Source: Felis catus
Lineage: Eukaryota
Assembly (NCBI RefSeq): GCF_018350175.1
Contig: NC_058383.1
Location: forward strand, 20,710,001 to 20,774,000
Direction: 5' to 3'
Length of the DNA: 64,000 nucleotides
Shown here: piece by piece, positions 22,901 to 36,400 of the stretch
Position numbering within the stretch: position 1 is the stretch's first letter
Layout: each line of letters starts with the position of its first letter
Program-made: the position numbers and the translations under genes
Notes under the pieces: model-generated
What the model saw: only the letters and a program-made list of their open reading frames with translations
Told to the model about the DNA's origin: nothing
Database searches by the model: none

Positions 22901-24397
22901 CCCGAGGCCGACTGTTGGATTCACACCCTCCACCAGGTTGCCTCCCCCTCAGAAAACCCTCTCAGAGAGTGACGTCGGGGCTTCGAGAACGAGGTTCGGG
23001 GTTGGAATCCGAGTCTGAACCTGTGGCTCAGTCCCGGAGCCCAGAGTGGCACCCGCTGATGGGCGAAACGTACGAACACCGGGGAAGAAGGAAAACAGAG
23101 CGCTGCGCCTTCCTTACGAACGGATACGGAAAGAACTGTCAGGGAGGGCACACGGGACAGGGCGGTGGCGCATCCGCGAAGCCCAGGGAGAAAGCAAACT
23201 TGCAGAGGACCCGCTCCCATCCGACGGACTCGGGTTCCACCTCCACCACGACCGAGGTGGCAGAGGCTCAAAGCAAAGGGCTTTTCGTCTCTGGAACATT
23301 CTTGCCATCCCACCACCTCACCGAACCCCTCCCTACAGAACTACAAGCCAGGATATAAACGCCCAGCCCGACGGTCCCGGTGGAGTTTCCACGCTCCCCG
23401 AACGCCCGATCTCCCCCGACCACTGACCGCTCCCTGCTTGTTTCACACTCCTCATAGTCTCTCCCCTCACCTGTCTTCGACGCCTGCCCCGAACCAGGCA
23501 TTTTCACACGCCGGGTCTCCTACAGTTCCCAAGGCCACCGTGCCGCACGCAAGCCTGAGACGCTCATTCCACAGTCAAGGAAACGGAAGCAGAGAACATT
23601 CAAGGAGCTTGCCCAATGTCACAGGAGAGTAGATCGGGGGGCTCGGGGAAGGTAAACCCAGAAGCCCGATTCCAGAGCCGACGCTCCTAACCACTACCTC
23701 CCACCTGCATCGTACGACGTCTACGGGGCGCTGAGACCTTCAACCCTGTGGTCCGGAGTCTCCCTCTCAAACGAGTGGGCCGGGGGTGATGCTGGCAGAA
23801 CACTGCTACTCGAGGTCTCTGCGAAACGTGCCAGGTACCCCACTGGCGTCCAGAGTCCGAGCCCACAGCCCCATGACCTCGAAAGCACTCTCCGTGCGAC
23901 CAGCCCCCTGGATTTCCAGAAACCTGACTCACGGGCCGGCCGGTCGTGTACGTTTCGCGGTCCACACTCCACACTTTCAGGTGTTCACCCCACATGCCTT
24001 GACAGAGCCCCGACTGCGCGTGAACCGGACTCCAGCCCGCACCGGGGAGGCGGCGCTGAACAGGACAGTCCCCGCCCCCGGGGGTGTCTCCCCAGCTGCA
24101 GCCCACAAAATCCTGGGATGCGTGTGCAGTCAGTGTCGTCGTCTTATACCCGAAGCCAAGCCTACGGTCACGTGAAGCAGGCAGAGGCTTCCTCCATCTG
24201 AAGCCCGGACACGCTCCAGGGGAAAACGGGGGCGAGGCTGGAGCATCCGGGGCCGGCGGCCGGTGGCGGACAGCCAGCCTGAAGAAGGACAGCGAACTCG
24301 GATGGGGGAAGGGGCTTGCCCTGCAGCCCCACCCCTGCCCTATCCCTCTCCTGCCCTCTACTCACCTTTCGGGCACTCGCCATCAGGCAACACGGTA

Positions 24398-24856
24398 CAG
24401 CAGTCCCCCCGCCTTGCCAAGGGGGGTACGTTCTAGAACCCCGGGGGATGCCTGCACCTGCAAAGAGTACCCAACCCCACACACACTATGCCTTTCCATA
24501 CTGACACGCCTACGATCAAGTTTACCGTATCAGGCACAGGAAGAGACTCACCATGTAACTACTAACAAAAATAGAACGAGTCTAACAATAGACCGTAGTA
24601 AAAGTTATGTGAACGTGGTCTCTCTCTCTCTCTCTCTGTCTCTAACTACCTTGTCCTGAGCTCACCTTTCTTGGCGTGAATGGAGATGATAAAATGCCTA
24701 TCTACTGAGATGATGTGAGGGGAACAGTTCGTGATGTACGCGTTATACTACTGACCTTCTGACAATACGTCGGAAGGATCTTCTGCTTCCAGACCCTGCT
24801 TGTCCGCGGTCATCCAAACCGCGGACAGTGAAATTGCAGATAAAGTGAGATTACCG
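24398..24856 (-). mobile_element. MER44-like Tigger element (opposite orientation to 15994-16443)
   Basis: TA|CAGCAGTCCCCCC...GTTCTAGAACCCCGGGGGATGCCTG ... GATAAAGTGAGATTACCG|TA. Confidence 0.8.
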
Positions 24857-25043
24857 TACATATTCACCTATTTCATATAACTTACCTCCACGGGCACAGG
24901 TAAGCTCCGTGAGGGCAGAGTTTTTACCCATTTTCTACACTCTTCTATCCTCGGTGCCCAGAACAGCCAGTCACCTAGTTGGTGCTCAAACATTTGCTGA
25001 TAAATAAAAGTAGGGACTAGGATGTTAGGCTGTAGCTTGAAGG

Positions 25044-25211
25044 TTTTTTTTTTTTTAATTTTTTAATGTTTATTTGTTTTGGAAGGAGGGGTGGGGGAGA
25101 CATGCTGCATGGACAGCAGAGAGCCCAAAGCAGGGCTCGAACTCATGAACCGCAAGATCATGACCTGAGCCGAGGTCGGACGCTCAACCGACTGAGCCAC
25201 CCAGGCGCCCC
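25044..25211 (-). mobile_element. Can-SINE with internal deletion
   Basis: Reverse SINE head intact, body shortened. Confidence 0.9.
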
Positions 25212-26009
25212 TAGAGATTTGACGTTTTAAGCAGGGAAGTGCCATGACCAGTTTTATTTAAGAAGAGAGCTGTGGCTGGGGAGGCATGTGGCCCCAGGAA
25301 ATAAGGCCGGGCACCTGCCTGTGACCAGAGAACAGAGCCCGCAGCAGAAAGGATGATCCTACACAGGTTGCCAGATGTCCCCTCACCCCAACTCAAGGCC
25401 TTTCGGCAGCATGGTCCAACTACCTTTCCGGGGCTTTTGGAAGGCATGGGGATGGCTCTTTGTCAAAGAGCAGCAAGAAATTCAGAATCCAGCCGGCTGA
25501 GTGAAGGCAGAGGACGCAGTGAAGACGGAACCACCAGCTCATCTCGAATGCTCTTGCGGTCTCAGCTGTATCCCGAGGTCATGCGGGCTGATCTTTATTC
25601 CCCTGGAGCAGCCTTCCAGAAGGTGGGGTGTAGAGGCACAAAACAAGGCAAGCACACGGACGGAAACCCTGTGCCTTCGTGTGCGTGCGCAAACACACAC
25701 ACACACACGCCACGGCACACGCGTGCACAACCTCCTATATTCTCCGTGGAACAGGACTGCACCTGTTGATAGGGATGTGGGACACCAGAGGCCATCTGCT
25801 GAGCACTTTCCATTTATCACCCGGGAGGCAGGTATTACCATCATTGTCCCCACGTTGTCAGGAAGGGATTCAGGCTCCAAGATCAGGCGGCTGCTACCAA
25901 AGAACCAAGATTCGAAGCTGAGCGGCCTTATTCCGGAGCCCAAACTCTGAAAATCCACACAAACTGCCTCCCCATGGGGGCCCAGCCCCTTCAGTTCTGC
26001 TTTTCTATA

Positions 26010-26218
26010 TATTTTTTTAAATTTTTTATTTATTTGTTTTTAATTTTTTATTTCTGAGAAAGAGAGAGCAAGCGAGGGAGGGGCGGAGAGAGGATCTGCA
26101 TCGGGCTCCATGCTGACAGGAGAGAGTCCAACGTGGGGCTCGAACTCACGAACCATGAGATCACGACCTGAGCCAAAGTCGGACGCCTGACCGACTGAGC
26201 CCCCCACCCCAGGCACCC
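26010..26218 (-). mobile_element. Can-SINE
   Basis: Reverse SINE. Confidence 0.92.
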
Positions 26219-26447
26219 AAGTTCCACCTTTAACGAAAGTCCCTGCTGTGTGACGTGAGGGGGACCCTGCACCGTCCACAAGGCAACACTGGAGAGATCC
26301 CAGGGGACAGCCCTCCCTGCACTGACTCCCCCTCTGGCATCTACAGGGCTCCCCGTGAGCACCGGGGGGCCTGCTCATGGGACACAGCTTCCCTGTCTCC
26401 TAATCTCCAAACAACTCCCACCAGAGCGCCGCTCTACGTCTCCACTG

Positions 26448-26610
26448 CAGGGGTTGGCAGATCAAACCCAGCCACTGCCTGTTTGTGTAAATAAAGTTTT
26501 ATCGGAACCCATCCACACCCACTGCCACAGAGGCCGCACTGGATGGGGCAGGGTACCCACCGGAAAGCGCCTGGACTTCCGCTCCCTCTTCACAGAGGCA
26601 TTTAAATCAG
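26448..26610. mobile_element. hAT-Charlie MER58A-like fragment
   Basis: CAGGGGTTGGCA...CTGCCTGTTTGTGTAAATAAAGTTTTATCGGAAC. Confidence 0.7.
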
Positions 26611-27349
26611 ACTGTCAACAGCTGTAGCGGCTGCTGCTTTAATTAAAGAATGAACGATGCGCTTCCACTTGCCTTTCCAGGCCAAGTACCACGGGACGGG
26701 GGATTTGAATTCCAAAAGAAAAGCCAGCAACTGGCTATGTTGTTAACAGCGTCACGTTCGGGGACGAAGTTCTCAAAAATCGTTCAAGGGCAGGAAACTT
26801 GGATGGGATTCTGCCGGGGAAACTACTTTAAAACAAAAAGACTCAGACTGGAGAATACAATGATGGATGTGTTAAGACCTTTTAGGTCCGAGGGCTCTGT
26901 TGGTATTATTTATTGTCTCGGCATCGGGAGGAAACGGCTGGGCCATGTGTTTAAAGAATTAAGATACAGAATGCAATGAGCAGTTGAAGGTGAAGGAGGG
27001 CATGGTGTGTTCAGAGAGCTAAAAGGGTTTCAGTCAATTGCAGCCCAGAACGCAGGTGGGGAACAGAGACAAACGATTTGCATTTACACAGGGCAAGAGA
27101 AACAGAAGCATTCAGCGTCGTGATGTACCGGGGACGTCCACAACGAACCAGACCATCCCAGGCATGCTCCAGCAAGTACGAAAGGTGAGCATCAGCCCGC
27201 ATTCTAAAAATGACAAGTGACGATACGTTGCAAAATCAAACTCCTATAATAAGAACAAGCATGACATAGGCTAAGCACTTGGTCTGTGCCAAACAACAGG
27301 CCATGTTACTCACAGATGTCTTCTCATTCAATGCGCTCAGGACCCTAAG

Positions 27350-27658
27350 AGAAGGATCAGGAAACTTCAGCCGGAGGACCAAATGCCTCCTGTGAACTCA
27401 GGCTCGTCATGACATTATTAAGCAGTTGGGGGAAATTTCTTTAAAAGAAGGAAATTTTGCGACACATGAAACTGACGTGCAATTCAAATTTCAGCCATCA
27501 GTAAGTACAGTTTATTAGAACACAGATTCATTTCTGTCGTCTAGGGCAACTTTGGTGCCACAATCAGAGCTCATAGTTCAACAGAGATCATACGGTCTGC
27601 AAAGCCAAATATAGTCACTGTCTCTCGTCCTTTACAGGAAGACTTTGCTGACTCAGGT
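27350..27658. mobile_element. hAT-Charlie MER58B-like element nested in a MIR
   Basis: AATTCAAATTTCAG...AGTTTTATTAGAACACAG...CTGCAAAGCCAAATAT...CCTTTACAGGAAGACTTTGCTGAC. Confidence 0.75.
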
Positions 27659-28268
27659 CCTAGGAGATAGGCAGGCGCTGTTCTTAGACCTGTGTTGACC
27701 TGTGCGAACAGAATTTTAGAAACCGTCCACTCGGGCCCGGTCTACACAGCTGGTACGTGGGAGAGCAGGGCTGGAAACCGGTACTCTGGTTCCAGACACT
27801 GCACGCCCATATGAGACCCCACACTGCCTCCCACCGCTCCTTCCCAGCTATACTGGGAAGCACCTGCTTTGCAGGAAGCACCAAGACCCTTTTGGAAATT
27901 CAGTGATGAGGACAGTCAAAACATAAATGAACAGTCCTTGGACAAATGAAACAGGTTAGCCAATTCGCAAATGATCAATAATGCTTTGCGGAAAAAGGTA
28001 TATGAACCACTGAGGATAAAAGAAATACAACTAAAACCCACAGATATAATATTTTAATTGCCAAGGTAGAATACGGGCCAAGTGTGTAAAACCCAGTGCT
28101 CCAAGGGTGCCGTTTTATAGATACGCTCATATACGTTTCGTGGAAATATAAACCAGGACAAACCTTCCAGAAAATAAACCGGCACAAGTCCTCAACCTCT
28201 TTCCTTCCTTGATAAAACTCGGTTAAGTCCCTCTTATATAGTAATTCCTTCTCTAAGAATCCACTTTA

Positions 28269-28460
28269 GGGGCGCCTGGGTGGCTCAGTCAGTTAAGCGT
28301 CAGATTCTTGATTGCAGCTCTGGTCACGATCTCAAGGGTTTGTGAATTCAAGCCCCACGTCGGACAGCACGGAGTCTGCTTGGAATTCTCTCCCCCTGTC
28401 TCTCTCTGCCCCTCCCCTGCTTGTCCTCTCTTGCTCTCAAAATAAACTTTTTTAAAAAAA
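28269..28460 (+). mobile_element. Can-SINE within an old L1 remnant (~27950-28660)
   Basis: TSD GAATCC(AC/GT)TTTA. Confidence 0.93.
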
Positions 28461-28669
28461 CGAATCCGTTTTAGATAAATCATCCGAAAGGTAGAGAATG
28501 ACCAACGTTGATGTGCATCATAGAGCCCTATTTTAAATGCAGGGAGGGTCCACCAAGAAGTAAATAGACTATGACATATCCCACTATTTAGCCCTTACAG
28601 CCATTTTTAAAAATCATGTTTTTGGAGACAATTTAATGTGTAATTTTATTCATAGTGATATCAGAAGCT

Positions 28670-29090
28670 ATGGAGATTTGACAGGGAAGGGACAGACTGG
28701 GACTTGACATTAAATGACCTCTCTCCCCATCATGTAGGGAATAAACTGGAGAAGAGAGAAGGTCCCCGATAAAAAGGCTACTGAAATATTCTAGCTGAGA
28801 AAGGATGCTGGCTTAGACCAGCGTGGTTACCGACGGAAGGAAGCCATCTGGATACTTTTCCAAAGGACAGATGCCCTATCCGAGGGTTTGCTGACCTATC
28901 ACTACATGTCAACTGTGAGATCCTAAGTCAAGGATGATTCCAGGGCTTCTGACCTCAGCAACTGGAGAACAGAGTGGCTGTTGACCAAGATGGGGAAGCC
29001 AGCATTGAAGGACGTTTGGGAAGAGAAAATAATCAAAAAGAGTTTGCTCTGGATACATTAAATTCAAAATTATGAAGACAATTTCATGTG
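28670..29090 (-). mobile_element. L2 fragment
   Basis: AAGGCTACTGAAATATTCTAGCTGAGA...AGTCAAGGATGATTCCAGGG...GGATACATTAAATT. Confidence 0.7.
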
Positions 29091-29177
29091 ATGCTACCAT
29101 TTTTAATATAATGATCTCCTATGACAAGTTATTTAAGGAGCAGACATGAGTCATTTTTTCAAACGACCCATTTTTCA

Positions 29178-29398
29178 GGGCCTGTATGGCTCAGTCGGTT
29201 AAGTGTCCGACTCATGATCTTGGCTCAGGTTGCGATCTCACAGTCTGTGGGACTGAGCCTCACGTCCGGCTCTGTGCTGACAGCTCAGAGCCTGGAGCCT
29301 GCTTCAGATTCTGTGCCTCTGTCTCTCTCTGCCCTTCCCCCGCTCACACTCTGTCTCCTCTCTCCCAAAAATAAATGTTAAAAAAATTTTTTTTTAAT
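29178..29398 (+). mobile_element. Can-SINE
   Basis: SINE body and tail. Confidence 0.93.
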
Positions 29399-30880
29399 TA
29401 TGAAATGATATGTTCATTATAGAGAATTTGGAAAGTGAAAAACGTACAAAGAAAATCTCAAATGGCTTATAATGCCCCCTTCTCATGAGTAACCACAGTT
29501 ACCCCTTATCTTTAGACGGCAAAACCATGCTCTGTTCTTGGAGCATGGTCCAAAGCCACGCCCCCTGAAGGGGAGTTTCTTTGTCACTCTAAGCTTGAAG
29601 GATCTAGCGTCTTCCTCCCCTGGCTTCTCAACCAGGACACATTTTCCATCCTCAAATCCAGATTACAGAACCTCCCTGGAGGAAATCCTATCATTTAGTT
29701 TCTCAGCCTCGCTTTCAATGTAATTTTCATGTTGCAAGGGAGGCCTTCCCAGGGAAGGAAAATGGCTAAGCAGCTTAGTGTCCCCAGCGCCCTGTAATGC
29801 TCCCCAAGACATCACGGAGTGGCTATTGAAATAGCTTCAGAGGCCAGCGACCCCTGGAGACCACACAGGACTCTCTGATGTCTCACCAAATCTAGGGTCC
29901 GATAAAATAGTCAGAGCTAATGGCTTGATGGCTGATAAAAAGGTATTTAGGTATCTATACAGCTCAGAGAGATTTAAAGGTGAGCTCGCAAACAAGGAAG
30001 GTGCCAAATTACAGAGACAGATGGAAAACTCGTAAGTCTGAGATTCCTTCAGCAACGTAACATACACGCACGCACGCATGCACATAAAAGAGTGTCGTCT
30101 CTCTCTGGTCAGAGTCGAGCAGGGATTTGGGGTAAGTCAGACCCGGCCTCTGCCCTCCCAAGCAAGCAGCCCTGTATATCTCACCCTGCAGAGAACAGCG
30201 CGACCTTTCCTTTTCTCTGACTGCTTGTCTGCAGAGAGGGAAGGCCATTTATTCAGCATGTAGACGCTCGCGTGATAGCACAGGGCTTAGACACATGGTT
30301 GAGAGGTCAAGGAGCCTGGGGCCACGCTCGGACGATTATTAGCAAGTCACTTAATTCCTAGTCTCTATTTCTTCATCCGTAAAATGGAGATAACAAAAGC
30401 CCATAGAACTGCTGAGTTCTTTAAAAGTACTCAATACATAGTAATGTGCACATGTGGGGGCACGCGTGTACGAGGGTGTGATTGCCAAAGTATTCAAGGT
30501 CAGCCAAATCATCCTGTTTTCAGATGAGGAACGTGAGGGGCGGAAGGTCAAATGACACAGGCAATGTCACGGAACGAGGCTCTAGCAGCGGGCTCACTGA
30601 ATGAGCCCTGAGTTCTCAGGACTATTCCCCAGTAGCCAAGCAGCTCTAGACTGGGAAGAAGAAAGTGGTGCTCTCATCGTGGGCACATCTCAGGAGGGTG
30701 ACCGAAGGAGAAACAGGTGTTTTTTTCGCACTGGATTTTCTTCTGCTGGATTGCCTTGTCCAAGAAAAATAACCTCTTTTCTGAACTTTAACAGATGGCT
30801 TCAGAGCCTCCCCTCTTGTCCCCCACCCTGGGCCATGCATCCTTGCCGACAACACTCCCCGTCTCAAAAATCCTTCCTGA

Positions 30881-31083
30881 GGGCGCCTGGGTGGCTCAGT
30901 CGGTTGAGCGCCCGACCTCGGCTCAGGTCGTGATCTCGCGATTTGTGGGTTCAAGCCCCGCGTCGGGCTCTGTGCCGACAGCTCAGAGCCCGGAGCCTGC
31001 CTTGGGTCCTCTGTCTCCCCGTCTCTCCGCCCCTCCCCTGCTTACTGGCTCTCTCTCAAAATAGATAAACATTAAAAAAAAAA
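30881..31083 (+). mobile_element. Can-SINE inserted in L2
   Basis: TSD AAAAATCCTT(C/G)CTG. Confidence 0.95.
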
Positions 31084-31599
31084 TCCTTGCTGGCTTCCCA
31101 CTTCACTGAAGATGGGACTCCAAACTCCTGTCACCATCTGGCACTAACCTCATCTTCCAACCTTCACGGGTCCTGCTTTCCAGCCAAACTGAACAATTGT
31201 TAATCCCTGTGCACATCCAGAGCCTTCCAGCTCTGCGTCTCTGCCCTCCTCTGACGATACAGCGATCATTTTTTTTTTTTTTACTCTGTGGTCTTTATTT
31301 TTTAAATGAACATCCATCACCCCAGTACGTGGAGAGCTCTCTGAGGAAAGACCCACTTATAATTCATCTGCTCCCAGCATCCTAAGAATTCCCAACAGCA
31401 ATGAAGACGGGGTCTTCGACGGAAGAGGAAACGTAACGAATATTTGCTGGAAAAGAAAACCAAACATGCTACAGGGAATAATCATATAAGTGATAATAAT
31501 GGCTAAGAGTTATTAAGTGTGAAGTCTGTCCCTGACACTCTTATCAATGCTTTACACATACAGCTTGTTCAATCCCCACCTCCGCAGTCATCTTTTGCC

Positions 31600-32117
31600 C
31601 CACACCATCCGGGCGCTTATACCCTGCAGAATCCATGCCAGATCTGGTCACTTACTTCTAATGAACAGAATATACAGAAGTGATGGATGAGATAAGGCTG
31701 TAAAAGACTGAGATTCTGGTCTTGCTAAAACTCTCTCTCGTCTGCTTGCCCGCTCCCTCTGATGAACCAGGCTGACAGGTTGTTCACTGCCTTGTGCAGA
31801 GGACCATGGGGCAAGGGACCAATGGAAGCTCCCAGCCAACAGCTCGGGAGTCACTGAGTCCTTCAGACCCAACAAGCTGCAAGGAACTGAATCTCCGGAC
31901 AACACCCCTCTTGAGTGAGCTTGGAATCTGACATACCTCAAGCCTCAAGGTAACTGCAGCCTCTGCTAACCCTTTGATGGCATCCTTGAGAAAGGCCCAG
32001 AGCCAGAGGACCCCGGTGGGCCATGCTTAGACTCTCAACCCACAGAAACGGAGGTGATAAATTTCCAGCCACTGCATTTTGGGGTAATTTGTTACACAGC
32101 AATAGCTAGCTAATACA
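31600..32117 (+). mobile_element. MaLR LTR (MLT1-type) nested in a MIR
   Basis: CCCACAGAAACGGAGGTGATAAA...GGGGTAATTTGTTACACAGCAATAGCTAGCTAATACA. Confidence 0.8.
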
Positions 32118-32831
32118 ACTCCTTATAACCCCATTTTGTAGATGAGCAAACCAAGGTCCAGAATGGTCCAGGAATTTCCCACAAATCTCGCCGCTAAGCT
32201 AGACAAGAACCAGAGCCAGGATCTGAGCCCAGGCAGCCTGGCTCCAAAATCTTCCCCCTTGACCACTATGCTCTAATAACGGGATGGATGGATGGATGGA
32301 TGAGCAGTTAGGCAGCGTTATCCCTCCCTTCACTCCAGGGGCCTGTTGCTTACCCACCCGAGGGGGCCAAGACAAGGGGTGACCTTACCATTAACCTCAT
32401 CTAGTTGTACCCTCAGCCCGAGACAGAGCATCTTACTAAAGCAAGAGGAAAATGCCTCTGCAAGAGTGTCTTGAATTTGAACGGAAATGTGCCCAGTGTT
32501 TGAGTGGGAGTGAACCATGAGTGGAAACAGGATTCAGGAGTTAAGGAGGGATACGGGCTACCGACAGACATGTCACCTTTGCAAGGTGTATCACAGCTAG
32601 CTGTCTCTTTCTCTCTCAGAAGACTGTAAGGTCCTCAAGTAACGGATGTGGTGTTATTAAATTTCATTTCCCCAGCGTCTCACAGGGGCTTGTCCTATAA
32701 AGGATGTTTGTAGAAAGGGTGTCCTATAAATGGTGCCCCCTTTGAAGGAATGGACGAGTGAGCAAGTTAAAGGAAACAAATAAATGAATGAATGAAATGA
32801 GTTTGTGACTGTTAGCATATGGATATATACA

Positions 32832-33269
32832 TTTTTTTAATTTGTAACGTTTATTCTATTTTTACGTTTTTTTTTGGGGGGGGGGGACAGAGAGAGACAG
32901 AGCATGAACGGGGGAGGGGCAGAGAGAGAGGGAGACACAGAATCAGAAATAGGCTCCAGGCTCCGAGCCATCAGCCCAGAGCCTGACGCGGGGCTCGAAC
33001 TCACAGACCGCGAGATCGTGACCTGGCTGAAGTCGGACGCTTAACCGACTGCGCCACCCAGGCGCCCCAGGTTTATTCTATTTTTGCGAGAGAGTGACAT
33101 AGCGTGAGCAGGGGAGGGGCAGGGACAGAGGGGGACGCAGAATCCGAAGCAGGCTCCGGGCTCCGAGCTGTCGGCGCAGAGCCCGACGCGGGGCTGGAAC
33201 CCACAAACCGTGAGATCGTGACCTGAGCCAAAGTCGGGTGCTTAACTGACTGAGCCACCCAGGCGCCCC
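32832..33269 (-). mobile_element. Can-SINE (host of a nested younger SINE)
   Basis: Body 33071-33269, remainder of tail 32832-32863; outer TSD GCATA(T/G)GGATATAT. Confidence 0.92.
32864..33068 (-). mobile_element. Can-SINE, young felid-type variant, nested
   Basis: TSD GTTTATTCTATTTTT at 32849-32863 and 33071-33085. Confidence 0.95.
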
Positions 33270-35682
33270 GGCATAGGGATATATTTAACCAGGAGCGCTA
33301 ATATCTCATTCAGGTATAAAAGGATTATTCAAAGGTCAAAACACTCCCTTTACTTTGAATCAACGCGAGGAAGGAAAATAACACTTACTGAGCACCTAGT
33401 ATGTTCCAGGCCTTGTCCTGAAGTCATGCTCAATCCCCACAATGACTGGATTGACCCGTTTCCATTCTGCAAAGGGGAAACTGAGGCTCAGCCAGGTAAC
33501 GCGGCCTGCCCAGGGGCACAGAGTGACTGACTCCTTCGCTCCAGACTCCAAACGCCGCTTCTCCGCCTGTCCTACCTGCGCGATGGGGACGGGCCGTGTG
33601 CTCGTGTCAGCACGAGGGTCTCACCCTGGTCCACCGCAGACGGGAAGGCACTGCCCATCTATTCGCTCAGTCCGCAAAGACTGAGGTGCGAGCACTGCTC
33701 CAGGCACTGGGCTCGGGTCTGGGGTGGACCTTTGCTCCTGCGGAAGCTAAAAACGGAGGCTGAACCACCACAGCACCCACACTGAGGGAGAAGCTTGTCT
33801 TCCAGGCGCCTCGATGAGCTGAGCGGGGGACCATCTACGCTCATCGACCGGGGAGCTCGAGTTCAAGCTCCTGCGATGGCAAGCCCTTCGCTCTTCCTTA
33901 GGGAGAAGAAGGAAAAGGGCACAAGACGGCCGTGTCTGCGGTGCACCAGCCTCCTACACGCAACCGCCTCGCTCAAGGCTGACACGAGCCGCCCAAGTTA
34001 CCCCTGCCTTCATTTTAAGGAGGACAAAGCCGGTGATCCGAGAGAGGCTAGGACTTGCCCCGGGTCACAGCCGGGAAGAAGAGGGGCCAGGACGAACGGA
34101 AGGAGGCCACCCAGCTCCAGAGCCCAGACTCATCCACGGCACTGCCACACGCAGACGGCTCAGCAAAGCACTTTCGTCCACACACACACACCGATAAGGC
34201 CACCACCCCCACCGGTCCTGTACAGGTAGATGAGGGACCCTCGCTGGCCCCACGGAATAGACCTATTTTCAAAGGAACTAAGCTAGACTCCTCCCTGTGG
34301 CCAGGATCCCAGGTAACTCCCGGCCGCAAGGAACAAAACATCTATTCCAGACGGGAAACTGCCTCCAGCTTTGTATTCCAGAGACTTTGGACCCATGGTG
34401 GGCGAGCGGGAGAGAAGCACTAAAGGAACACCACCCAGTCAGCAGGCAGTAACTCAAATACTGGGGTGGCAGGCCCTTGATGGAAAGGACCAGCGATCAT
34501 GGGTAGCAATCGTGAGAGCCTTCACCGGGGAGTGAGTAATTCCCAGACACTTCTTCTATGCGTCTCCCCTGGTATTAACTCATGGATTCCTCACAGCAAT
34601 CCTGACGTAGGCGTTTTAAGGCTGAGAAAATGCCAGGCACAGACAGGGGAAGTCACTAGCCCAGAGGCACACAGCCAGTGGGGTGGGAGAGGCGGGATCC
34701 GAACCCAAGCCTTCCAGATGTAGAATTTGCCCCCTCACGTTCCGCGCTGTGTTCCTCGGCGTTAATTCGAGCACAGGAAGGAGGCTGTGTGGACAGCCGA
34801 GGTAATAACCAGCACCTGTCGCTCGGCCTCAGGGAATGACTGGGGGCGACAGGGAGAGGGACACCTTGCGCGAAGGGGCGGCCGCCGTCCTGTGACAGCC
34901 CGCCTGTCTTGTGGGAAGGTGGCCGCCGTGTTGCCAGAGCCCCTGGTCTTCCGGGGACACCAGGTGTCTGCCTCTGCGGGGAAATTTCCAGATTTTAAAT
35001 GTCAGCACTGTGCTGGCCGTGCATCCTCTGGTGTGCTGCCCATTTCACACCCAAGCTCAGGAACCGTGGGCCTCGGGCCACGAGCCCTCACTTCATCAAG
35101 CAGTAGGACCGACGTGGCTTCATTCTGAGGGCTCATCCGGCCCCCGAGTCGGAAACCCGCCCCCTCCAGCACCCACCCTCCTTCCTCCCTCCCCTGGAAG
35201 AGTGGCCCATCTCTGCTGTAATCACAGAGAGGTCAATCCCTCTTCCCTCTGACAGCCCTCCACATATTTTGATCATTGCAACAATTTCTGAGTGGACATA
35301 AATCTTATCCCATCTAACAAGAATGATAAAGAGGGGCCCCCGGCGCCCAGGCGGGTTTGTCGCCCCGCCTGGCCCCAGGTGTCCCCACACAAGCACGGGG
35401 GCTCTGAGCTGAGAAGTCCCCCCACACCACCCCCCAGAGCCCCACTCCTCGTCTGACTCAGTTCGTTCCATTCACCTTCTTCCTCTTTCCGCCAGAGTCC
35501 AGGAGGTGATTCTCAAACTAACTCATCAAAATTAAGGCAAACGAGTGACCACCTTATTACGATCTGGAGAGGAAACTGCCTGAAGAGAAACACCGAAACC
35601 CTAGGAATACGTATCTTCTGCTAACGATAGGATGCGCGGGAAGTTTTCTTAACTTTTTGCAGTGCCTAATTCTCCAAAAAGA

Positions 35683-35910
35683 ACAGGGCAACCATTCTGG
35701 AAAACAGTGTGGAGCTGCCTCAGAAAGTTAAAAACACGACTACCCGACGACTCAGCCATTGCACTAGTAGGAATTTATCCAAAGGGTATAAAAAATGCTG
35801 ATTCGAAGGGGCACATGCACCCCCGTGTTTATAGCAGCACGATCAACAACAGCCAAAGTATGGAAAGAGCCCAAATGTCCATCGATGGATGAATGGATAA
35901 AGAAGATGTG

Positions 35911-35969
<59 letters not shown>

Positions 35970-36142
35970 GGACTATGACTCGGCAATCAAAAAGAATGAA
36001 ATCTTGCCATTTGCAACGACGTAGAAGGAACTGGAGGGTATTAAGCTAAGCGAAATTAGTCGGTCAGAGAAAGACAAATATCATAAGACGTCACTCATAT
36101 GAGGACTTTAAGAAAGACAACAGCGTAACGCGGGAAGGGAAG
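35683..36142 (+). mobile_element. Carnivore L1 ORF2 C-terminal/3' UTR fragment containing (TA)n
   Basis: Translates to RRGTCTPVFIAA.ST.AKVWKEPKCPSMDEWIKKMW (L1 ORF2 end); AAAAGAATGAAATCTTGCCATTTGCAACGAC. Confidence 0.93.
35920..35964. repeat. (TA)n microsatellite
   Basis: About 22 perfect TA units after a short (GT)n. Confidence 0.98.
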
Positions 36143-36174
36143 CACTTTACTGATCAATTATCCTTTACTGAGTG

Positions 36175-36400
36175 GTGGAGCCCTTAGGAGTGAGAGAGCA
36201 CAGGCTTTGGAATCAGCTTGCCTGTGATCAAAATGACTCCACCATTTCCTAGCTGTGGGACGCTGGGCCGGTATTTAAATGGGCCTCAGTTTCCTCCTTT
36301 GCGAAATGGGACGTCACAGGGTTGCCGTGAACATCATGTTAGTTGAAACGTCAAGCGCTTAAAACAGAGTCTGTCATGTAGAAGTACCCAATGCTGGTGT
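36175..36400 (+). mobile_element. MIR SINE
   Basis: GAGCACAGGCTTTGGAATCAG...GGGCCTCAGTTTCCTCCTTTGCGAAATGGG. Confidence 0.75.

Noticed and set aside
22888..24659. Cluster of 100-190 aa overlapping ORFs on both strands
   Set aside because: Expected in GC-rich sequence; low-complexity P/R/G/S content; the longest runs into a MER44-like transposon.
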